Below are positions 11,405 through 23,400 of a stretch of DNA of 64,000 bases, in pieces. The position numbers were made by a program, and so were the translations under genes. Every line of letters starts with the position of its first letter. Within the stretch, counting starts at the first letter, position 1. The DNA is taken from assembly GCA_950097015.1 (NCBI GenBank), contig CATNEN010000007.1, positions 5,766,001 to 5,830,000 on the forward strand, written 5' to 3'. This DNA comes from Macrostomum hystrix. Its lineage: Eukaryota > Animalia > Platyhelminthes. Below the pieces are notes generated by a model. It did no database searches. It was not told the DNA's origin and saw only the letters and a program-made list of their open reading frames with translations.

Positions 11405-14400
11405 CTAGGTGAGCTCCAGCTCATCGCAGGTCGGCACGTGCGGCGGCGCGGGCTTGCTCGGCTTGGCGTGGCGAACGGACGCCGCCGAGCCGAGGCCCGC
11501 CGGTCCCGGCGGCGGCGGCAGGCTGGTCAACGGCTTGCCGGCCAGCGCCATGGCGTTCTCCGTCACCTGGCGGAAGGCGCGCTGCACCTTGTGCCGCCGC
11601 CAGGCCCGCTGCAGCGTCTTAGCCGCAATGTCCTCCTTCTTGCGCCGCATTGTTGTCGAGATGGCGACTGTGCGCACCCGGGTCGGGAAGGTCTCGCGGA
11701 ACTTCTTCTCGATCTCGTTGAGCGTGTTGCGGAAGTGGTCGGAGTCCTCGATGTCGCCAAGCACGTGGCGCACGAGAGCCACAAGCACGTCCAAGCAGTG
11801 CAGCTTGTCGCCCTCCACAATGGGAATGTCGAATGAGGTTATGGCGATGATGTTCGGCTTGGGAATGCCCAGCGGTTCGTCCAAATCGTCGACAAACTCT
11901 GACAGCTGGTCGTACTTGATGTACTGCGAGGCGTGCGGGTCGTAGCGCTCCCAGACCAGGTAAAACATGTCGAAGTCATCATCGGTGATGCCGACCTCCT
12001 CCTGCTCGTGCGCCTGGTTGAAGTTCTCCAGGATGATGGCGATGTACAGGTTGATGACAATCAGCCTGGTGACGAAGACGAAGCTGGCCATGAAGACGAT
12101 GGCCATTTCGGGGATGGAGCAGTTGCCGTTCAGTGAGACTTTGGCCACTCCGTTGCGGATGACGTGGGTGGAGTTGCAGTCGGGCGGCTGCACCATGAGC
12201 GAGTACAGAATGTCGTTCCAGCCGGCGCTGGTAGTGAGGCGGAAGAGCAGAACCATGCTTCGGCCGAAGGTCTCAAAGTTCACCAAGTCGTTTAGTGCGC
12301 CATTGTGGATCACATTGCCGAAGAAGATCATGCCGATGATGGCGTAGATGAACATTACCAGCAGCAGGAGGGCTCCGATGTTGCCCAAGGCCGGCAGGGA
12401 GATGATTAGCGCAAACAGCAGCTTGCGGATGCCCTTGGCGGCCTTGATGAGGCGCAGTACGCGGCCGATTCGAAAGATTCGAACCACCCGCAGCAGGGTG
12501 GGGGTGACGAACACGCTGCTGACGATGTCACTCAGCACGGCGCCTGCGGTGGAATTCGATTCAAATTTCTGTAGCAACAACTTCATACATTTCACATAAT
12601 ACGCATTTTCATCTACGACAACAGACAGAGCACAACGAGAAAGTAATAAAAACTAAACACTTGTTCTAGAACAGGGGTCGGCAAATCTATTAGCACGCGG
12701 GCCACGGAGAGAACCTAAAAGTCGACAGCGGGCTGCATTAACTGTAGAACTATCGGAAAGGGTTGAGATGAGACAGGGATGAGATGAGACAGGGAAGAGA
12801 TGAGACAGGGAAGAGATGAGACAGGGAAGAGATGAGACAGGGAAGAGATGAGACAGGGAAGAGATGAGACAGGGAAGAGATGAGACAGATATGAGACGGG
12901 ATACTGTAGGTGTTGGAAGGGGCAAAGATTTGGGAGCTTCGAGGGCCGCATCTGGCCCGCGGGCCGGAGTTTGCCGACCCCTGCTCTAGAATTTCTTAGT
13001 GAATATTCAGAAATGACACTATAATGTAAGCTGAGGACAATGAACAACAAAGTCTTCATACCTGGCCGCAGTTTGGAAACAACGTCTGTTAAGGACGGAT
13101 TGAAGAGTTGCGGGTTTACGTTAGCTCATAAAAGTTCAATGCTTCATGCCGCCTGAAACCCAGGTTTAGTCAGGCAAGTTCTAGGTTAAAAAATCACGAA
13201 AAGTCATACGATTATCGGTCATCAACTTTTCGGACATTTGCACCGAATAATATTTGCAGGAGGACTGGTACATTATTAGGTGACAGAATATCTGCAAGCA
13301 GCGAGAGGCAGTTCTGCTCATTCCGCTGATTGCTGAGCACACACTCGCACAAGGTTGTACATCTGACCTGAATTTCTAATTTTCAGGTAGTGCACACTCT
13401 CACTGAGACTTGGGAGTGTTGGCGCCTCAAAGGTGTAATTGAACTCAGGGAACTTGGTGCGAGAGGCGTTAACCGCTCTGCCACCCATCCCCGGGGAGGC
13501 TGAGATCCCGTCAGAGTTGCTCCTCAAGCGGTCGCTTACCAACAATGCTAAGCACCACAATGATAAAATCGAAGACATTCCAAGCCCGACGGAAGTAGTG
13601 CCACCGCAGACCGATGATCTTGATGACCGCCTCCATGGTGAAGACGGTGGTGAAGGCGATGTTCACCACCTCCAGGCACTGCGTGATGGCCGGCTGCTGC
13701 TTGTAGTGCTCAACCATCATGGCCATCATGTTCAGGAAGATCAGGAACACGATGGTCAACTCGAACTTGTTGCTGACTGCCACGTCGAAGAAGAACTCTT
13801 GGAAGCGGTTCTGTAAGGATCATTGTTGAAATTAACTTGAACTGGAAAATTATTGTGATGCACCAGTAAAAAATTGTTAATTTTCGTACCTTAGGTCGGC
13901 GAATAGTTTTCTGCGGCTTCTTTTTGCCCAGCTTGCGCATCGTGTGATAATAGTTCCTCTGGCTGGGCGTCAGGAACACCTCCAGCACGTTCTCCCGCTG
14001 TGGTAAGGTTGGAGATTTCCGAGGTTTTCTCACGGTTATTCTACATTTTCCTGGACCAAAATTCCTAAAATACGCCCACCCCTCCCTCCAATCTGCACCA
14101 ACCCTTCTCCGGTATGCAACCCTCCTCCAATCAGCACTATCTTCCAATCTGCACCACCCCTCCTACAGTCTGCACCCACCCCTCCAGGATGCACCCACCC
14201 CTCCTCCTGCTACTCTTTCTCCTCCACACACGATTTAAACCGATGCTGACCTTCTTTTTGAGCGAATTAAAGTTATCAATGATGACACCAATGAAGAGAT
14301 TTAGAGTAAAGAACGCGCCAAAGACGATGAAGACCACAAAGTAGAGGTAGAAGACCATCTGGTTCTCTCTTCTAGGCTGCTCGTCTATCGCCGTAGAGTC

Positions 14401-17400
14401 AACAGCGTCTCGCATCACCTCCATCCAGCCTTCGAAAGTGGCCTGAAGCGAAGGGGATTGGCTGTTACTCATATTCTAAGAAGTCAAGTAAAAAACGGAG
14501 AACTTACCACCTGGAAGAGCGCGATGTAGCCCATGACGACGTTGTCGAAGTGAATCAACGAATTCCTCCACTGATAGCCCAAGGCCGAGCTGTTCTCACA
14601 CTGCGCCCGGTTTTTGACCACGCTGTATTCCAGACGATTGCCGCCAGCATCGACGCATTTGAAGAACTTGCCTTTGAACAGCTGCACACCGGTGATGCTG
14701 AAGATCAGCCAGAACAGCATGCACACCAGCAGCACATTGCCGATAGATGGGATGGCCCGCACCAAGCAGTTGACAACAATCTAGAATGTGGCAATGAATT
14801 TAGCAACTAAGCGTCAGTAGGCCGACAGCATCCACTAAGAGTCACCATCTCAATACGCGTCACTCTGCGTCACCCACCTCACTCCGAGCCACCCACCTCA
14901 CTCCGAGCCACCCACCTCTCTCCGAGCTACCCACCTCACTCCGAGCCACCAACCTCCCTTTGTGTCATCCACTTTGTAAGCTGAATAACACTAGTCAGGT
15001 CATGTTAGCTGACAAACGAACTGTTGAGGGCCAGAGCCAAAACTTGCGATCTATTTATTATGCACAGACTGGTCGATGAATGTACATTGATTATTGAAAC
15101 GATTTGATAGGTTGAGGGCTAAAACATGTACTGACACGCAGGTGCATATGCGGTGAGTAAACACTGCTAGAGTGAGAGAGCGCACGAGAGTAGGGGGTAA
15201 GATAACATACGAGTAGAAAGTAAACGAGGTCTAAAGCATAAAAGTGCAACCGCAAACCCAACACACTTCACTCTGCGTCACCCAATCCGCTCTTGTGATC
15301 ATAGCATCTCATTCACCTTCATTCCTTCCCACCGGCTGATGGTCCGCAGCGGCCGGAACGCCCTGAGCGCCCGGAGGACCCGCATGGCGCTGATCTGGCT
15401 CACATTCGTCGCCAACGCGTCCGTCATCAGGTCAACGATTGAAACCTGAGATAAAAGTGCAAATTAAAAGTGCTGCTCTTACTAGAACACGAAGTACTAT
15501 GGCAAGCCAACCAAACCTTTCCGTCTTCCACACAATTTCTAAGGGCGAGAGCGGAGGCTAGCTTACCTAAGACTGACGAATATCTTATTGCTAATCCCCG
15601 AAAATTTCGCCGTCCCTGCTGTGTCCCGGATGTGCTAGTGGCAATGAAACATTTTTACATTCGCATTCCAGCCTGGACCGTTAATCCCCCGGCCTCCTCT
15701 GGCTGAGAGATTTCATTTGGATCGATAAAAATGTCAACTTGCTAATTCTCTGACACTTTACCAGCGCCCGGAAAGTCGCGAGGGTGGGAGGAAGACAACT
15801 TACCATGACGATGAGGAAATCCAGGAAGCTCCACAGCTCGCTGAAGTAGCCCTTGAAGCCCATGGCGATCCACTTGGCAATCATCTCCATGGCGAATAGG
15901 ACTGTGAAGACAATGTTCAGCTGCTGTAGCACAAACTTCATTGTCGGCCGTTCGTCTAGGTAAATGTCCTCGAAGCACTAGGGATGAATGGCGTTAGTTT
16001 ATTGGGTCATAAAATTCGCTCTGGCTTCTGACTGTCAACTTTTAAAAGTGCAATGTATGATTTCAAAGTGAGCGCGCTTCCGCACCCACATTCTCCGCCC
16101 CTGTCCAAGATCCAAGACTGATCCGCCCCTGCCTTCCGCCCCTGAAATCGCTCCTCTCCCGCTTTCCGCTCCTGTCTCAGTCTCACACGCTTGTCTTCCA
16201 ACTGCCTCAAACTTATCGACTTGATTTCTGCCCTGTCCAAAAATCAATCCGCCCCAATCTCCGCTCCCATCCCCGGCTCACCAGTGTGACGGAGCTGGCC
16301 AGGATGATGCACAGCACCACGCCCTCGAAGGCAGCGTGCTCAGTGATGCGCAGCATGAGCCTGCGCAGCTGATCCCACCGTCTGCCGTGCTCCGTGTCGG
16401 GCAGGCACAGGCAGCAGCTGCCTGGCATGCAGGCCCGGCTGCACTGCGCCGGGCAGCAGTCGGGCGGCTCTCGCTCCACAACTGCCTCAACATCGGCGGC
16501 GGCTGCGGTGGAGTTGCCCTCTTCGGCGACTTTGGCGTCACCATCAGCGTCAGTTTCACCGACGCCGTCGACATTTTCAACTGCAGCGTTCACCTCGTCC
16601 GCAGCTGTTGCCGATATCTCGGCGGAGTCTCCCCCTTCTAGTTTCTGCTCCGTCTTGGCTGCCTGCGGCTGCTCGACTGTGACTGCCTCCTGGAAGGTGA
16701 CGCAAGCCTTAAGATTGCGACCGTCTTGACCTTCGGTTGAATCCTGTTCCTTCTCCTGCTCAGGCTTCAGAGGTCGGCTTCCCCGACGACCTATGGAGAT
16801 AGGTAAAAGTGGAAATTCCGAAACGCAGTTCTGATGAAAACAATGTCATCAAAGCTTACCCAGAGCACCTCGGCTACTTCTTCTGCGTCTTCGAGGCCGG
16901 TCGCCCACAGCCTCGCCGCTCCGTTCGTCTTCTGCTGCATATTCTGCCGCGGCTTCTTCGGCAACAACGACAACAATAACTGGGACGGCTGCCGGTGAGG
17001 CTGATTCCGCTTCAACAACACTTGCTGCCGCGACGGCGTCTGTCTCCGCTGCCGCCCCCGCATCCGCCCCCGCTTCTGCCTGAGCGTCCGCTGCCGCCTC
17101 GTCGCTGGACGGTCGCAGGCAGCAGCAGAACAGGCGGCGCAGGCGGGTGCCGGCAACCGCGAAGCGTGACGCGTCATCCTGACTTCCGTCGGCGGCGACG
17201 TCTTTTGCTAGCTTGTCGTTGCTGAATGAGTTCAGCAGCAGCGCCAGGAACAAGTTCAGCACCTTTAAGTGAGAGGTCAAACAATTGTGCTCACTGTTAT
17301 GCGCAGTTTATGTGCATTGAAATAAATTAGCTGTCAAACTCCCTGAACTTCAGCTGAACTGAATAATTGGACTTTGGAAGATGATAATATCAAATAAAAA

Positions 17401-20400
17401 TAATAATGATAATAATAATAATAATGATGATGATAATTGCAGGAGGGCTGCAGGCAATGGCACATGATTTGGTCACACTAGACCCGCAGCCAGCGAGGAG
17501 GCAATTCTGAGGTCTCGGACTCCATTTCGCTGACTCCCGAGCACACACGCACACAGATACGAGCGTACTGTACGAAGGCACACGCTCACACAGGTGTGTA
17601 CATCTGCCCTGACTTTCTCATCGTCAGGCAGTGTACACTCTCACTGTGCCTTGGAGGTTGGCCCTCAAGGGCGTAAATTGGACGACAAGCCCCCAAGCCT
17701 TCTCTCCGCGAATGAATGAATGAAATGAATGTGGCCTAGCCAAGGAACCGAGCTCAGGGACCTTGGTGCGACAGGCGAACTCATCTCGTTACTTCCTTGA
17801 AAAACTCGAATTAACAAGCAAAAGTACAAAAGCAATTTACGCTTTAAGTTTTCTGCTTGTTTGTTCAACATGAACTCGTATTATTATTGATAGTGAACTG
17901 AGAAGTCGATAGGTTTATATTGTGCTCAATTTAATCCAACTTCTTGATAAAAAATATAATATTTAATAGATTTAGGAATCGAACCCAGGACCGCAGCACA
18001 GTTTGCTCACCATGAAGTTTCCCAGAATCAGAGTGGGAATGAACACCACCATGCAGAGCTGGCCGTTGGCCCGCATGCAGTCCCACAGGGCTTCGATCCA
18101 TTCGCCGCACAGGATGCGAAACACCATCAGCATGCTGTGGGCGAAGTCTTCGAAGTTCCAGCGGGGCACAGCTTCGGCCGAGCCGAACACGGCTGGCGTG
18201 TACGAGTTGTCGAATAGCTGCATGCCGATGACGGCGAAGATGAAGATTATGATGAACAGTATGAAGGTGAGGTGGCCAACAGCGCTCATTGCTGAGTAGA
18301 TTATCTGCAGCAGCTTGCGCATCGTCTCCCAGGACTGGGCGAGCCGGAACACCCGGAACTGAGGGAGGAAATTTGAGAGAGCGTTGCTAGATGTAGGCTG
18401 AGGGTTGCTAGATGTGGGCTGAGGGTTGCTAGATGTGGGCTGAGGGTTGCTGGATGTGGGCTGAGGGTTGCTAGATGTGGGCTGAGGGTTGCTAGATGTG
18501 GGCTGAGGGTTGCTGGATGTGGGCTGAGGGTTGCTAGATGTGGGCTGAGGGTTGCTAGATTTAGAGAGATGGTTGTTAGAGATGAGAGAGTATAACATGA
18601 GTACAGTAAGTCTTTTGAAACGGTCTATAGTTGAGACTTGCCAGCCGGACAGCCCGAAAGATAGCCAGGTTGTCATTTTCCTGAACGCCCAAATCAATCA
18701 CACTGGTGACCACCACAAACAGGTCAAACAGATTCCAGGGGGATGTGAAATATTGCCGGCTCATTGCCATCATCTTCAGAACCGCCTCCAGTGTGAATAT
18801 CATGGTAAACACCTGAAATTGGTTCCAAGTTTTGTTACCATGCTAAAACACAATCGAATTAAAGAACATGGTTATGCAGCAGTGCGGCGCTAATCTACAT
18901 TGTTAATCCAATTGAGCGCATCTGAATAGGCCTGTGACATCGGGTAGAACTCGCTAGCCATGAAGGCGGTGTTCACCACAATGCAGGCGATAATGAACAG
19001 CTCGAAGAACGGGTCGGTGACCCAGGCGAACAGCTGGTTCTGACAGCGCAGCCAGTTGTTGTAGCCAATGCAGCAGTCCGCGCAGCAGGGCCAGTTGCGG
19101 TCCATCAGCTCTGCGCCCGACTCTGCAACAGGTAATGGGACGTTAGTTTTTTCAATAAATGAAGTCTATCTACGGTTCTGGTTTGTTACCGTTCCTTCGG
19201 TCCTCTGAAGTGCCGCCAAACACCTCACTTTTTAAAGAATACCTGAGGAACAATTGAGAGTCCTTGATGTGCCGCTAACACCTCAAATCCTTTGAAGTGC
19301 CGCTTCACAACTCACATCCTTTAAAGTGCCGCTTAACACCTCACATCCTTTGAAGTGCCGCTAATACCTCACATCCTTTGAAGTGCCGCTGATACCTCAC
19401 ATCCTTTAAAGTGCCGCTTAACACCTCACATCCTTTGAAGTGCCGCTGATACCTCACGTCCTTTGAAGTGCCGCTGATACCTCACATCCTTTGAAGTGCC
19501 GCTGATACCTCACATCCTTTGAAGTGCCGCTGATACCTCACATCCTTTAAAGTGGCACTAACACCTCAGATACTTTGAAGTGCCGCTAAAAATTGATACA
19601 CAAATGGACTTACCATCGATCACCATCACCGGCTCGTTGTCCTCGTCTTCCTCTTCACCCGCTTCATCTTGAGCCATCTGAATTGAAGAAAGACAAAATA
19701 AATATTTAGACCCCTTGTAAAGAGTCGTAAGCCAATCAGGAGCTTACTTTTGTACCCCCCACAACAGCCAATCAGCATTCAGCTGCTGCCAACCAATCAC
19801 CGCTGCCCAGGCACTCACGGTTGCCTTGTCGTTACCGTCGCCCTGGCTTCCCATTCCGCTGTCGCTCTCTCCTTTGCTGTCGGATTCCGCCCTCTCCCTC
19901 CGGTTGGCGTCCGCAGCGGGTGCGGGCGCGGCTGGCTTGGCTTCAGCAGGCCCGTCCTCCGCCTTGTTCTCGTCTGCAGCCGCAGTCGCAGTCGCAGTCA
20001 CCGCCTCCGCTACAAGCAGCGGCTTGACACGGCTGCCGTTGGCACCATCAGCTCCGCCGATCGCAGATGCGTCGGCAACGACGCCAGCCGCGGCGGCATC
20101 TGCGCCAGTGACGTCAGATGTGGCAGCTCCGCCTGCTGCTGTGCCGCCATCTGTTCCGCCGCTCGGCTCGGCGCCGCTGCCCCCGCTGACGTTGCTGCCT
20201 CTCTCGCCGGATCTTTTCTTGGCCTTCGGCCGGCGCTTCATCTTCTTCAGCCGCTCCGGGTCGAAGCTGTAGTCTGCCAGCGTCTGGCGGCGCTTCTGCT
20301 GGCGCTTCTTGCGCAGCCACTTCTCCTTCTTCTCGCGCTCCTGAGCCTGCGGTGTGCGGATGGGATCGGGGTGGGATCTGTGAGCCGGTCTGTGGGATCT

Positions 20401-23400
20401 GTGAGCCTGTCTGTGGGATTTGTGAGCCTGTCTGTGGATCTGTGAGCCTGTCTGTGGGATCTGTGAGCCTGTCTGTGGGATCTGTGAGCCTGTCTGTGGG
20501 ATCTGTGAGCCTGCCTGTAGGATCTGTGAGCCTATCTGTGGGATCTGTGAGCCTGTCTGTGGGATCTGTGAGCCTGTCTGTGGGATCTGTGAGCCTGTCT
20601 GTGGGATCTGTGAGCCTGCCTGTAGGATCTGTGAGCCTATCTGTGGGATCTGTGAGCCTGTCTGTGGGATCTGTGAGCCTGTCTGTGGGATCTGTGAGCC
20701 TGCCTGTAGGATCTGTGAGCCTGTCTGTGGGATCTGTGAGCCTGTCTGTGGGATCTGTGAGCCTGTCTGTGGGATTTGTGAGCCTGTCTGTGGATCTGTG
20801 AGCCTGTCTGTGGATCTGTGAGCCTGTCTGTGGGATCTGTGAGCCTGTCTGTGGGATCTGTGAGCCTGTCTGTGGGATCAGTGAGCCTATCTGTGGGATC
20901 TGCCTATTAGCTCAAAAATTATTCGTTGAAAATATAGATAGTTTCAAAGCAGTCTAAAACCGTGTACTTTAATCTTTAGTGTTGTACTTACAGTCGGCGA
21001 TTTTTTTGTACTTTTGCGAAGCTGGCGCATGACAGACACGGAGGCAAAAAAAATCACAGGAGAGACGGGGATGGAGCGAGCGACAACGATTTGAAAGGCT
21101 TCTTAAAACTGCCCTGCCATCCGCCCCTGTAGAAACCAAGGGGACAGCCTAGAGATAGCAGAGAACAGAAACACATGGATAGGCAGCTGCCTGTTGTGTC
21201 TGTGAGGGAGCCACACGCACACATACACACTCACACACACACTCACAGGCACTCACACACTCACAGGCACACTCACACACACACCGCAATGACAAAGTCA
21301 CAAAATTTACGCCACAACATGTTAATTTCGCAATTTCTCAGTTTGGGTCTCAAATTTTGCGAGCTTTCGTTTCGCCTTCCTCTCTCCAATCGTAGCCATG
21401 GCAACGCTTGGGAATTGTTGGGATATTTTCTGCACAGACTAATAATAGAATTTCGCGCCTCCAAATTTGAGCAGAGGCGTGCATTGTTTTAATTAATTGT
21501 CTCGCCGAAAGCCCTCCGGCATCGATCTATGATGACACTGTCTTTTAGATTTGCTGCTTACTGAGAAACGTCTAAAATTATATTTTTTCTGCGCTTTTAA
21601 ATCTGTGTTAGGCGAGAATTAGAATTAGCAGATTCACCTTGCCAACAACCAGAGCCTCCTCCTGATAGCTCATTGTGACCACCGCCAGCATCAGGTTGAT
21701 GAGGTAGAATGAGCCGAAAAACACGATCACAATGAAGAACAGGATGCTCCAGGGACCGCTGGATCTGATCACCTGGGAATGCCGCGAAGTACTTTTAAAT
21801 TAATTATGGAAACACCGTCTTTAACTCTCTCTGAGTATACTGTAACACACTGTAAGTGCTGTAGCACACTGTAAGTATGCTGTAACACACTGGAAGTGCT
21901 GTAACACACTGTAAGTATACTGTAACACACTGTAAGTGCTGTAACACACTGTAAGTACTGTAACACACTGTAGTTATGCTCTAACACACTGTAAGTATAC
22001 TGTAACACACTGTAAGCATGCCAGCAAATTCTCACATGATTGTACAGGTTTTCCCAGAAGTCCAGAGTGATCAGCTGGAACAGCGACAGCAGTGACCAGC
22101 CGAAATTGTCGAAGCTGGTGTAGCCCCAGTTGGGGTTGTCGCCCAGGTCAGGCAGGCAGGTGAAGTTGGCCTCGATACCGGAGCACTGACCGGCCCCGGA
22201 CGCGTTGCCGCAAAGCCAGAAGCTGCCATCGTCGTTGGCCAGCCAGTTCGCCTCGTCCTTGATCCAAGAGTAGTAGAAGGCGTTAGTGGCGTTGACGCCA
22301 GCGTCCGCGGAGCTGTCGTTGTAGGCGGACCAGTCTACGGCCTTCACGCACTTGTTACGAAATGTGCCCATGTAGATTTGCAGGGCGAACAGCGAGAACA
22401 CGCTCAGGCAGAAGAAAGTGAGAATGATCACCTCCAGTAGCATGCGGAACGATTTCAACAGGGCGCTTATGATTGTACGGAGACCTGCGCGAGATGGGCG
22501 ACGGGATAAATCTGTGCCGGATTATGGGATAAATCTGTGCGGGATCATGGGATAAATCTGTCCCGGATCATGGGATAAATCGGTGATGCCAGTGTGAGAG
22601 AGGATGGGATAAATCGGTGATGCCAGTGTGACAGAGGATGGGATAAATCGGTGATGCCAGTGTGACAGAGGATGGGATAAATCGGTGATGGCAGCGTGAC
22701 AGAGGATGGGATAAATCGGTGATGCCAGTGTGACAGAGGATGGGATAAATCGGTGATGGCAGCGTGACAGAGGATGGGATAAATCGGTGATGCCAGTGTG
22801 ACAGAGGATGGGATAAATCGGTGATGGCAGCGTGACAGAGGATGGGATAAATCGGTGATGCCAGTGTGACAGAGGATGGGATAAATCGGTGATGCCAGTG
22901 TGACAGAGGATGGGATAAATCGGTGATGGCAGCGTGACAGAGGATGGGATAAATTTGTGAAAGAAATGTGGGAGCAATGCGTGTAAATGACTGCCCATTA
23001 TACAATCAAAAGCTCTATCGTGAACTGTTAAGCGGTATCAATGAAGCTGTTAAATAGCTACTAGTTTAATATGGATTCCACATGAATTTAATCGACTTTC
23101 TCATTCAATCTATCGGCCATCAAGCATGTCAGCGGGTCCTTTCAGCCATCCAGGCCTTGGACCTTCCAATCGCGGCATGCATCAACTCAATTTTACCAAC
23201 GACTCAGACGAGCACACAAGCAGATGGACTCCCAATCGATCTCAGTTGCTGTGAAACCGGGGAACGCGTTAATGACAGTGGAATGCAGAACTGCCACGCT
23301 GTCGGACTAAATGACTTTTAGATAAAAGCCTCCGATTAGAGATAAGTGCCTTTAATCATTGTTGCTGGCATAATCCCAGGATAATCCCAGGGGTGTCAGA

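Noticed and set aside
11409-12599. Plus-strand ORFs opposite the Nav2 last exon (similar cases opposite ZIP, DAD1 and TLX)
   Set aside because: Antisense shadows of GC-rich codon usage.
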